Below, piece by piece: positions 16,413 to 24,417 of a stretch of 64,000 bases of DNA. The translations under genes and the position numbers were made by a program. Source of the stretch: Bacilli bacterium (lineage in GTDB: Bacteria > Bacillota_I > Bacilli_A > ML615J-28 > CAG-698); NCBI GenBank assembly GCA_045598145.1, contig JAZLLM010000085.1, positions 7,303 to 71,302 on the forward strand, given 5' to 3'. Position 1 is the stretch's first letter. The number at the start of each line of letters is the position of its first letter. Under the pieces are notes generated by a model. It was not told the origin of the DNA. It worked only from the letters and a program-made list of their open reading frames with translations, and made no database searches.

Positions 16413-17645
16413 ATGGATAATCAAGAGAAAGTAAATATACTAAATGATAATAGTATAATTACAAGGGAAAAGTATTATCGTATATTTGGTGAATGGGTTA
16501 GTAGAGATAAAGCCAAATATGCTTTAAATAAAATGAGGAAAGAATTAGGATTAGCTTTACCTCATAAAAATGTAGTAGATAAAGTTATTATAAATTCTGA
16601 TGGTAGTCAGCAAAGTGAAATTATAACTGATTGTGATGCAGAAAAATTAAAAGATTCAAAATTTTTATTAGATTTACATCATTATAATAATAATGAATTT
16701 GAATTAGTTAATGCACAATCAAGTATTTGGCAAGGTGGTAAAAACGGGAAAGAGTTACATTCCTCCAAAATAAAAGTAAAACCGATAAATTCTAAAAGTA
16801 ATATTGTAGAATTATCGGATAAAATGGTTGAAAAATATTTAAAAGTAAAAGATGTTGCTGAAAGAAAAGAAATAATCAACGATCATGTATTAGAAATATG
16901 TCTTCCTGATTTACATTTTGGATGTACAGAAAATGAAGTAGGTGACTTTACTTCATTACATGATCGACATAAAATAATTATTTTGACTGAACAATTAATA
17001 AATTATATTTCTTCAAGAGATATTAGAGAAATAAAATTAGTATTTTTGGGAGATATATTACATTATGATACTTTAGGTAAAACTACTAGTCACGGTACTC
17101 AACAATGCTCTAATATTCCTTTTCAAGAAATGTATGATAATGCTGTAGATTCTTTATCTTATTTGATTAGATCAATTAATGAGAATCTAAAACAAACTTA
17201 TAAAGATAGTTATGAATTAGAAATTATTTATGTACCAGGTAATCATGATACTTTATTAGGTTATACTTTAATGTCTGTATTAAAAGCATTATTTGGTAAT
17301 GAAGTTTTATTTGATATTAAACAAAAAGAAAGAAAATATATTACTATAGGTAATAACTTAATTGGTTATACTCATGGTGATATGGATAAAAAGAAAATAT
17401 TACAATGGGTATATACTGAAGCTAAATCGTTAATTAGTCAGTCGGAAAATATAGAAATACATGCTGGCCACTTTCATAGTGAACAAACGATTGAAGACAA
17501 CGGTGTAATTTTAAGATATTTACCTACAAGTGCAGCTGTATCTCCTTGGGAATACGGTAAAGGTTATAGTAGTAAAAGAAAGTTTGAATTATTTTTATGG
17601 GATAAAAATAATGGATTAGAAGATATACATTATATAAATTTATAA
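16413..17645 (+). CDS. calcineurin-like metallophosphoesterase with N-terminal extension
   Basis: 410 aa. Phosphoesterase motifs in order: DLHFG (D-x-H), LGDILHYD (GDxxD), GNHD, HAGHFH (GH-H). Confidence 0.6.
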   Translation: MDNQEKVNILNDNSIITREKYYRIFGEWVSRDKAKYALNKMRKELGLALPHKNVVDKVIINSDGSQQSEIITDCDAEKLKDSKFLLDLHHYNNNEFELVNAQSSIWQGGKNGKELHSSKIKVKPINSKSNIVELSDKMVEKYLKVKDVAERKEIINDHVLEICLPDLHFGCTENEVGDFTSLHDRHKIIILTEQLINYISSRDIREIKLVFLGDILHYDTLGKTTSHGTQQCSNIPFQEMYDNAVDSLSYLIRSINENLKQTYKDSYELEIIYVPGNHDTLLGYTLMSVLKALFGNEVLFDIKQKERKYITIGNNLIGYTHGDMDKKKILQWVYTEAKSLISQSENIEIHAGHFHSEQTIEDNGVILRYLPTSAAVSPWEYGKGYSSKRKFELFLWDKNNGLEDIHYINL

Positions 17646-17661
17646 ACAAAAATTAAAAAAA

Positions 17662-18873
17662 ATGACAAGAAAATTTCCAACGTACGAAGAATGGCGTAAA
17701 AAGAATGGTGGCGGCACTAAAGAACAATACCAAGGAGCAAAAGCTGAATATGATAGATATCAAGTGAGAAGAAAAGAAAATCAGCATAATTACATGAATG
17801 CGTTACGTTATTACGATATGCCTATTGCAACTCAGCAAAAACAAGAAGCTATCGATAACTTAGATGCTGCATTGTCTTCTGGACAAATTTCACAACAGCA
17901 GTACAATAATGCATTAAAAGCGGAGTTTAAAGATTCTATGATACAAGATGCTACACTACTAGGTAGTATGGCATTATCTAGAGGTTTAAGTTCGGCAGCA
18001 TCTAGAAATTTTAGCAATTCAGCAAAAAATTATGCAGCTGCTAATAAAATTAATACTGGTCTAAAAACAAAATATGATGCAGGTCAGATGTTACCAAAAC
18101 AATACACATCACGCGTACAAAATTTAGCAGAACCTTATCGTATAGAAGCTGAAAAAATGGCAGGTAGAGGTACATTTCAAGAATTTGGTGGTACGGCAAC
18201 TAAATACGGTGGTTATGGTTTATCGACTAGACCAGCTATTCCTAATGCGTATTCAGATTCTTATCAAAATGCAAATACAGCGAGATCTCAAACAACTCCA
18301 CAAGCAAGACAATCTGGAGATTTAAATGGTGGAACGCTACCAGAAGTGATAATTACACCAAAAAAACAATCTGAGACAATATCTCAAAAATGGACACGTA
18401 TTACAGGACTTCCGTGGTCTGAAGCAAAGAAACGTGGTTTTACAACTGGTAGTTATGACGATAATATACGCATAAGTAGAATGCTCGATAAAGGTTATTT
18501 TGATAAAGAAAATGCAGTATATTGGAATAACCAAAATGAAGCGAAACAGACTATGTATGATATGATGGTTCCTGCTTATGAACAAGGTATTAGTCCTTAT
18601 CAATACGCTTCACAAAAAGCAGATGCTGTAAATTATACTGCACCAGAAAATATAATAGTGACACCTCAACGAACACAGGAATCTTATATTAATAGATACA
18701 CTTTAGAAGATCCGTATGAATTTAGATACCAATATCAAGATTACGGTCCTGTTGGTCCACAACAAATAAACTTTAATGACTATGTTCCAGCAGTACAAGA
18801 AAGTCAAGAACCTGCATACGATTATATTCCAAGATATCAAATAGAAGATCCGTATAGTGATTATAATGTTTAA
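17662..18873 (+). CDS. hypothetical Q/Y-rich protein
   Basis: 403 aa, low-complexity Q-rich; repeated DPYE/DPYS..Y motifs at C-terminus. Confidence 0.45.
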   Translation: MTRKFPTYEEWRKKNGGGTKEQYQGAKAEYDRYQVRRKENQHNYMNALRYYDMPIATQQKQEAIDNLDAALSSGQISQQQYNNALKAEFKDSMIQDATLLGSMALSRGLSSAASRNFSNSAKNYAAANKINTGLKTKYDAGQMLPKQYTSRVQNLAEPYRIEAEKMAGRGTFQEFGGTATKYGGYGLSTRPAIPNAYSDSYQNANTARSQTTPQARQSGDLNGGTLPEVIITPKKQSETISQKWTRITGLPWSEAKKRGFTTGSYDDNIRISRMLDKGYFDKENAVYWNNQNEAKQTMYDMMVPAYEQGISPYQYASQKADAVNYTAPENIIVTPQRTQESYINRYTLEDPYEFRYQYQDYGPVGPQQINFNDYVPAVQESQEPAYDYIPRYQIEDPYSDYNV

Positions 18874-18980
18874 TTTTAAATTTTTTAAGTTATGAGAACG
18901 TAAATGTGGTGGTAAAAAAGGTCGTGGTGTAAAAAAAAATAAATTATTTTTTTATATTTCATTAAACTTTTAAATAAAAG

Positions 18981-19005
18981 CACTATCTATATAGTGCTTT
19001 TATAA
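18981..19005 (+). terminator. rho-independent terminator (GCACTAT-CTAT-ATAGTGC + TTTTAT)
   Basis: 7-bp perfect stem followed by T-tract, downstream of 17662..18873. Confidence 0.5.
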
Positions 19006-19007
19006 AA

Positions 19008-19126
19008 TGGGATGTATCCCCTCTGTCTTATAAACAGTTGAAAGGGTAGTTGGTTCCACGTGGGTTCAACCCCCACCGTCCCAACAAAAGTGAAGATCCC
19101 CAGTTCAAGTCTGGGATTCGCTACAT
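19008..19126 (+). other. two tandem tRNA T-arm/acceptor-like hairpins (tRNA-like remnants?)
   Basis: GTGGG-TTCAACC-CCCAC followed by CGTCCCA, which pairs with upstream TGGGATG at 19008-19014. CCCAG-TTCAAGT-CTGGG followed by ATTCGCTA. Neither could be folded into a complete canonical cloverleaf by hand. Confidence 0.3.
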
Positions 19127-19160
19127 GCCGAAGTGGTGGAATGGTAGACACGAGGGACTT

Positions 19161-19857
19161 TAACAATATGCTCGATATGAAATGGACAAAAGATGATTAT
19201 GCTAGGGCTGTCAAAAGCTCACAAAGTATAGCTGGAGTTTGTAGATTTATGGGATTGAAACCTATTGGTGGAAATTACAGAATAATACACAAAGCTATAG
19301 AAGACTTTAATTTGGACACTGCACATTTTACGGGTCAAGGATGGAACAAAGGATTAAAGTTCAATCCAAAGAAGAAACAAAGAATTGAAGATATTCTGAC
19401 AAAGAATTCTTCTTATCAGAGTTTCAAACTGAAAAAAAGACTCCTAAAAGAAGGTTTGAAAGCAGAGAAATGTGAACTTTGCGGTCTTGTGGAATGGAAA
19501 GGATTTCCGATACCTCTTGAACTTCATCATATCAATGGAGACAACAGAGACAACAGAATCCAAAACCTGCAGCTCATTTGCCCGAACTGCCACGCACTGA
19601 CAGACAATTATCGAGGATTGAACAAGAGTGCTCACAGGGAAACCGATGAAGTAGAATTGTCCTAACAAACAGAAACCTCTTTGATGGCGACATCTTAGAA
19701 GGCGGTGGCTCACTAAGTGGAAGAAATTCCTAAATGGCGTAGAGACTATACAGGCAACACCTAAACCTATCTGGTATATCATATAGGCATGGTGAAGAAA
19801 TAGTCCAGACTACAACATCTCACGTTAGATGGCCTGTGCAAAAGCAGGAGTAGCAAG
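19161..19857 (+). mobile_element. group I self-splicing intron (~697 nt) carrying an HNH homing endonuclease ORF
   Basis: Last exon nucleotide before the intron is U and the intron ends in G. The 3' core contains AGAGACTATA (19741-19750, R-like, P7 GACUA) and AGAAATAGTCC (19795-19805, S-like, P7' UAGUC). Insertion site matches the canonical cyanobacterial/plastid tRNA-Leu(UAA) intron position. Confidence 0.55.
19168..19665 (+). CDS. HNH homing endonuclease (intron-encoded)
   Basis: C-terminal motif ELHHINGDNRDNRIQNLQLICPNCHALTD (HNH with Zn-finger Cys pairs CELCG...CPNCH). The track ORF start (GTG at 19060) is an artefactual extension through upstream tRNA-like sequence. First in-frame ATG inside the intron is 19168 (MLDMKWTKDD). 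Confidence 0.7.
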   Translation: MLDMKWTKDDYARAVKSSQSIAGVCRFMGLKPIGGNYRIIHKAIEDFNLDTAHFTGQGWNKGLKFNPKKKQRIEDILTKNSSYQSFKLKKRLLKEGLKAEKCELCGLVEWKGFPIPLELHHINGDNRDNRIQNLQLICPNCHALTDNYRGLNKSAHRETDEVELS

Positions 19858-19912
19858 AAAATCCCTTGCTCATTGCGAGCGTGTGGGTTCAAGTCCCACC
19901 TTCGGTACATTT

Positions 19913-19983
19913 GCGTAAGTCAGTTAAAAGATAAGCCCCAATAAAAATAATTGGTAATATAGGTTTAAGTCCTATCTTACGCA
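19913..19983 (+). tRNA. tRNA-like element or pseudo-tRNA with A-rich anticodon loop
   Basis: Acceptor GCGTAAG/CTTACGC+A. T-arm ATAGG-TTTAAGT-CCTAT. Anticodon-like stem CCAAT/ATTGG with loop AAAAATA (no U33). D-arm weak. Non-canonical, so low confidence. Confidence 0.3.
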
Positions 19984-20003
19984 CAATTTAAAAATAAAAA
20001 TTT

Positions 20004-20189
20004 ATGAATAAAGAAGAATATAACGATATACCAGTATATTATTGCAAAGATTGTTTATCATTAAATATACGTACTATGGACGAACAATATGATTATTGCG
20101 GTAAGTGTGGTAGTTTACATATAGGTGTTTCTATGATAGATGATTGGAAACAATTATATGAAGGTAAATATTATAGACCTTTAATTTAA
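20004..20189 (+). CDS. small Zn-ribbon protein
   Basis: 61 aa with CKDC...CGKC (two CxxC pairs). Confidence 0.35.
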   Translation: MNKEEYNDIPVYYCKDCLSLNIRTMDEQYDYCGKCGSLHIGVSMIDDWKQLYEGKYYRPLI

Positions 20190-20208
20190 TAATTTAAAAT
20201 TTAAAAAA

Positions 20209-20496
20209 ATGGCTGAAACAAAAAAGAAACCTACAATGGAAGAAATTAAAAATGCTGCAGAACAATTAAATGAAATTAATCAAAGATTGCAGCAAGAAAA
20301 TGAGCAATTGAAAAATTATATTAAAGAAACACATACACAGGAAGCTATTGCACGTTTGAATTTTCTTTTTAAAATTGTCGAATTTGCAAAGGCTTTTGAT
20401 AAGGAATATGTTGCTGATGCTGTAGCAGATATTAAACGTATTTTGGTTATGGAAGATCCCAATATAGACGTTAACGAAACTGCAAAAACTGAATAA
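20209..20496 (+). CDS. small coiled-coil hypothetical protein
   Basis: 95-aa ORF, Q/E/K-rich heptad-like N-terminus. Confidence 0.35.
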   Translation: MAETKKKPTMEEIKNAAEQLNEINQRLQQENEQLKNYIKETHTQEAIARLNFLFKIVEFAKAFDKEYVADAVADIKRILVMEDPNIDVNETAKTE

Positions 20497-20498
20497 TT

Positions 20499-20888
20499 AT
20501 GATATTAAAAAACTCAACTGTTATAGGAATACCTACTAAACTAAATTTAAAGTTTTTTAGATATTGGGTTGAGATTTTAAGACCTCTTCATCATATTAAT
20601 CCAAAAGATGGTGAAATATTAGCTACATTTCTTTACGAAAGATATTTATTATCTAAAAAAATAAACGATGTTGAATTATTAGATACAATACTTATGAGTA
20701 AAGAAATTAAGGAAAAAGTCAGGGAGAAATGTAATATTCCTCCTGATTATTTTCCTGTAATTTTAAACCATTTGAGAAATAAAAAAGCAATTGTAAATAA
20801 TAAAATCGATACACGTTTCATACCTAAATTTGATACAGACGAAAGCGATTTTAAATTAATTTTTCATTTTCAATTTGATGAAGAGTAG
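20499..20888 (+). CDS. hypothetical protein
   Basis: 129-aa ORF. Confidence 0.35.
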   Translation: MILKNSTVIGIPTKLNLKFFRYWVEILRPLHHINPKDGEILATFLYERYLLSKKINDVELLDTILMSKEIKEKVREKCNIPPDYFPVILNHLRNKKAIVNNKIDTRFIPKFDTDESDFKLIFHFQFDEE

Positions 20889-21132
20889 TATTCCAGATCT
20901 CAAAACAATATCACAAAAACATAATGTTAGTGAAAAAGAGGTTTTAGAAATATATAAAAAATTATTTCTTTTTATAAGAAAAAAAATAGCTAATATACAA
21001 TTTACTGATATTAACGAAGAAGATTTTAAAAAACAAAAAGTAAATTTTAATATTCCTGAAATAGGTAAATTAGCGACAAGATTTGATAGAGTTGAATACA
21101 TAAATAATTTAAAATATAAAAAGCATGAATGA
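20875..21132 (+). CDS. hypothetical protein
   Basis: 85-aa ORF overlapping neighbours. Confidence 0.3.
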   Translation: MMKSSIPDLKTISQKHNVSEKEVLEIYKKLFLFIRKKIANIQFTDINEEDFKKQKVNFNIPEIGKLATRFDRVEYINNLKYKKHE

Positions 21133-21508
21133 TATCGAAATAAAAGAAATTAAACCAATGTTTACAAAAATTTTGTTAACAAAGGATGAATATACCGAAG
21201 CAGCATTTATTGAAGGTACAGGTTTAATTGACGCTTCTAAAATGAAACAAGGTGTAAAAGAATATCAAAAAGTTATTTCTGTTGGTAATATGGTTAGAGA
21301 AGTAAAACCTGGTGATCTTGTTTGTATTAATCCTGCAGCATATTCAATTAAAAAATACAAAAAAGGCGATACCAAAGAAATGATGGAAGAGTACACAAAT
21401 CAAATTATCGGTTATGCTTTTCCAACAGTAGAATTAGACGGTAAAGAATATCTTTATTTAGATGAAAGAGATATCGATTTTGTTATAACAAAATATAATG
21501 AAGTGTAA
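21125..21508 (+). CDS. hypothetical protein
   Basis: 127-aa ORF. Confidence 0.35.
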   Translation: MNDIEIKEIKPMFTKILLTKDEYTEAAFIEGTGLIDASKMKQGVKEYQKVISVGNMVREVKPGDLVCINPAAYSIKKYKKGDTKEMMEEYTNQIIGYAFPTVELDGKEYLYLDERDIDFVITKYNEV

Positions 21509-22065
21509 TGAAGTTATTTAATTTTGTTAATTTTCAAGTTAAAATATCCGAAGAAGCCTTGTCAATCAAGGCTTTTCGTGATATATGGAATAGAGATAAA
21601 TCAGTAGAAAAAATAAAAGCGATTCAAGAATTAGGTTTTGTATATTTTTATTGCGATCCAAGAAGTGATTATATGTTTTTGATTGATGAAGATACTCGTA
21701 TGCAAAAAATTATTGAACAAGAAGGATTACCTTCAAATTGGAAGCCTGATAAAGAAGTACAAAAAGCAATAGAAGTTTACAAATATTTAACAACAACACC
21801 TGGTTCATTACTTTTACAAGATACACGCGAACTTGTTGATAAATTACGTAATCAATTAAAAGAAATTGATTTAACTTTAATGGATGATAAAGGTAAGCCT
21901 GTCTATACATTAAATACTATAACATCAACAATTAAACAAATTCCAGATTTAATAAAAGACTTAAATGAAGCTGAAAAAACAATTGCAGATGAAATAGATG
22001 AAAATGCAAAAATGCGTGGTTCGGGTATAAAAAAGATTTTTGAAGATGGTTTTAAATTTCAATAA
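21508..22065 (+). CDS. hypothetical protein (position compatible with small terminase subunit)
   Basis: 185-aa ORF directly upstream of and overlapping TerL. No motif support for TerS. Confidence 0.35.
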   Translation: MKLFNFVNFQVKISEEALSIKAFRDIWNRDKSVEKIKAIQELGFVYFYCDPRSDYMFLIDEDTRMQKIIEQEGLPSNWKPDKEVQKAIEVYKYLTTTPGSLLLQDTRELVDKLRNQLKEIDLTLMDDKGKPVYTLNTITSTIKQIPDLIKDLNEAEKTIADEIDENAKMRGSGIKKIFEDGFKFQ

Positions 22066-24322
22066 TAAACAAACAGTTTTAACAGATGAAGTATTAAATT
22101 CTTTACCTACTGAAGTCAAAGAAGAACTTTTAACCAATATAAATGGAATTTCATTTATAAATAATTTAATTTCATCTGAAAGAAAATATGCTAAAGATTT
22201 ACCAAGAGATGATGAAGGTAAAATAATTGTAGATTTAATAAATCCTCATATTTTAGAAAATATGGATTATTTTAGACAAGCAGCTATACATTATAAAAAG
22301 TACGGTTGTTATACTAATTTACGTCCTAATAGTAATCCGAATAGTGAATATATGAAATGGGCTAGGGAAGAAATTAGACGTTGTTGGTACGGAATGGTTA
22401 GACCTTCAGATGGAGAATGGATTCCTGGGGATTTATATTTTTATTGGAATTATTGTCCTATACAACAAACAAAAGTTAAAGAAGGTTCACGTAAAGGTGA
22501 TCGTATTATAGATTTTCCAGAACCTTGGGATTCAACGTATTTTTGGGCACATTATGTTTATCAAGCTATGTATGGTGGTAAATATAATGATTACAAAGGT
22601 GGTAATCATTTTTTTGTTATTGCACGACGCGGTATTGGTAAATCATATTATTTATCCTCAAACTTAGCAAAAACTTTTATATTAGGTGAGAGTGCAGATG
22701 TTTGTGAATCAGTTAAAGGTACAATTGTCGCTGCTGATAAAACATATCTTATAGAAGATGGTACATTAAATAAATTTGAATATTATATAAATTTTTTATC
22801 TGAAAATACAGAATGGCCAGCTCAGCGTACTGGTAGTTTAAATGATATGTATTGGGAAATGAGTTATCGTGATAATGCTCATCCTGGTAAACAAGGTACT
22901 GGTAATGTAATAGTAGGTTTGTCTGTTAAAGATAAAGCAGGTAAAGTTCGTGGTAAACGTGCAGTTAGGACTTATTTTGAAGAAGTTGGTTCTTTTCCAA
23001 ATCTTATAGATACATATAATACTGCAAGATACAATGCTGAAGAAGGTGATATTTCATTTGGTGTTTTAGGATTAATTGGTACTGGTGGTGAAAAAGGTCA
23101 AAATTTTGCTGGTGCTCTTGAAATGATTTATAATCCACGAGGTTATGGTTTGTATCCATTACCAAATGTATTTGATAAAACTTCCAATGGTGGTGAAGTA
23201 ATTTTATTTTTAGGTGCGTATTTAAATCGTAAATTACATTACGATAAAGACGGTAATTCAGATGTTATTGGAGCCTTAATTGAAGTTCTAACAGAACGTT
23301 ATATGATTAAAAATACATCATCTGATCCAGCTACACTTACACAAAAGAAAGCAGAACTGCCTATTACTATTCAGGATTGTGTAATGAAAGTAGATGGTAA
23401 TTTTTATCCAGTTGCTGATATTACAGAACGTTTAAATCAACTTTCTGCTAATCCACGTTTATTAGATGATGTAGCTGTAGGTAAATTGAATATGGTCGGA
23501 GGAAAAGTTGAATTCCAAGCTGTATCTGATAAACCGATTAGAGAATTTCCTCATAAAACTAATAAACTTGAAGGTGCTATAGAATTTTTTAAAATGCCTG
23601 AAATTAATGGAGCTACTAATAGAGTGTTTGATAATAGATATATTGCTGGCGCAGATGTTTACGATAATGATGTTGCTAATTCATTATCATTAGGTTCCAT
23701 TTTAGTATTAGATTTATTTACTGACCAAATAGTATGTGAATATACAGGACGTCCTATGTTTGCTGATGATTTTTATGAAATATGCCGTAGAATATGTTTG
23801 TTTTATAATTGTAAAGTTAGTTATGAAAATAACAAAAAGGGTTTATATGGTTATTTCGGTAGAATGCATTCTTTATATCTTTTAAAAGAAAGATTACAAA
23901 TTGTACAAGATAAAGATTTAGCAAAAGGTGAACCTGTAGGTAACAATGCTTATGGTGTAACATCTACAGTGCCTATTAAAAATTATTCACGTGGTAGAAT
24001 ACGCGATTGGTTATTAAAACCTTATATTAAAACAGAATTACAAAATGGTGAAGAAGTTGAAGTTTCATATCCTCAATTATATAATATTCGCAATATAGCT
24101 TTATTAAAAGAATTATCAATGTACAATTTAGAAAATAACTTTGATAGACATGATGCGCTTGCAATGTTGATATTATATAGAGAAGATGTTTACAGATTGA
24201 CTTCTGGTGAACCAAACAAACAAGATAACAATTCAAGTGGTTTAGAGATAGATGACTTTTTTTCTTCTTATGAAAGAAAACAAGGAAAAGCTGTTAAAAA
24301 TAATAAATGGTTATTAGAATAA
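22040..24322 (+). CDS. terL: terminase large subunit (TerL)
   Basis: 760 aa. Walker A-like FFVIARRGIGKSYYL in the N-terminal ATPase region. Size and position (immediately upstream of portal) typical of crAss-like TerL. Confidence 0.7.
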   Translation: MKMVLNFNNKQTVLTDEVLNSLPTEVKEELLTNINGISFINNLISSERKYAKDLPRDDEGKIIVDLINPHILENMDYFRQAAIHYKKYGCYTNLRPNSNPNSEYMKWAREEIRRCWYGMVRPSDGEWIPGDLYFYWNYCPIQQTKVKEGSRKGDRIIDFPEPWDSTYFWAHYVYQAMYGGKYNDYKGGNHFFVIARRGIGKSYYLSSNLAKTFILGESADVCESVKGTIVAADKTYLIEDGTLNKFEYYINFLSENTEWPAQRTGSLNDMYWEMSYRDNAHPGKQGTGNVIVGLSVKDKAGKVRGKRAVRTYFEEVGSFPNLIDTYNTARYNAEEGDISFGVLGLIGTGGEKGQNFAGALEMIYNPRGYGLYPLPNVFDKTSNGGEVILFLGAYLNRKLHYDKDGNSDVIGALIEVLTERYMIKNTSSDPATLTQKKAELPITIQDCVMKVDGNFYPVADITERLNQLSANPRLLDDVAVGKLNMVGGKVEFQAVSDKPIREFPHKTNKLEGAIEFFKMPEINGATNRVFDNRYIAGADVYDNDVANSLSLGSILVLDLFTDQIVCEYTGRPMFADDFYEICRRICLFYNCKVSYENNKKGLYGYFGRMHSLYLLKERLQIVQDKDLAKGEPVGNNAYGVTSTVPIKNYSRGRIRDWLLKPYIKTELQNGEEVEVSYPQLYNIRNIALLKELSMYNLENNFDRHDALAMLILYREDVYRLTSGEPNKQDNNSSGLEIDDFFSSYERKQGKAVKNNKWLLE

Positions 24323-24383
24323 AAAATAAAGTAATAAATTATAAATTTAAAATTTAATTACTTGTTTTTTAGAAAAAATTTAT

Positions 24384-24391
24384 TATATTTG
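24384..24391 (+). promoter_or_regulatory. Bacteroidetes-type -7 promoter element TATATTTG upstream of portal gene
   Basis: TATATTTGCAAATT ~27 nt upstream of the ATG at 24418. Confidence 0.4.
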
Positions 24392-24417
24392 CAAATTAAC
24401 TTAAATTGAATAATTAT

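Larger units (their letters stand above)
19127..19907 (+). tRNA. tRNA-Leu(UAA) interrupted by a group I intron between U34 and A35 of the anticodon
   Basis: 5' exon 19127-19160 GCCGAAG TG GTG GAATGGTAGA CAC G AGGGA CTT. 3' exon 19858-19907 AAAA TCCCT T-GCTC-ATTGC-GAGC-G GTGGG TTCAAGT CCCAC CTTCGGT A. Acceptor stem 7/7 (G1-U72), anticodon stem AGGGA/TCCCT, Leu-type D-loop, class II variable arm. Spliced loop CUUAAAA gives anticodon UAA. Confidence 0.6.

Noticed and set aside
19060-19167. N-terminal 36 codons of track ORF 19060..19665 (GTG start)
   Set aside because: This stretch reads through the tRNA-like hairpins and the 5' exon of tRNA-Leu. The HNH gene most plausibly starts at the first ATG inside the intron (19168).
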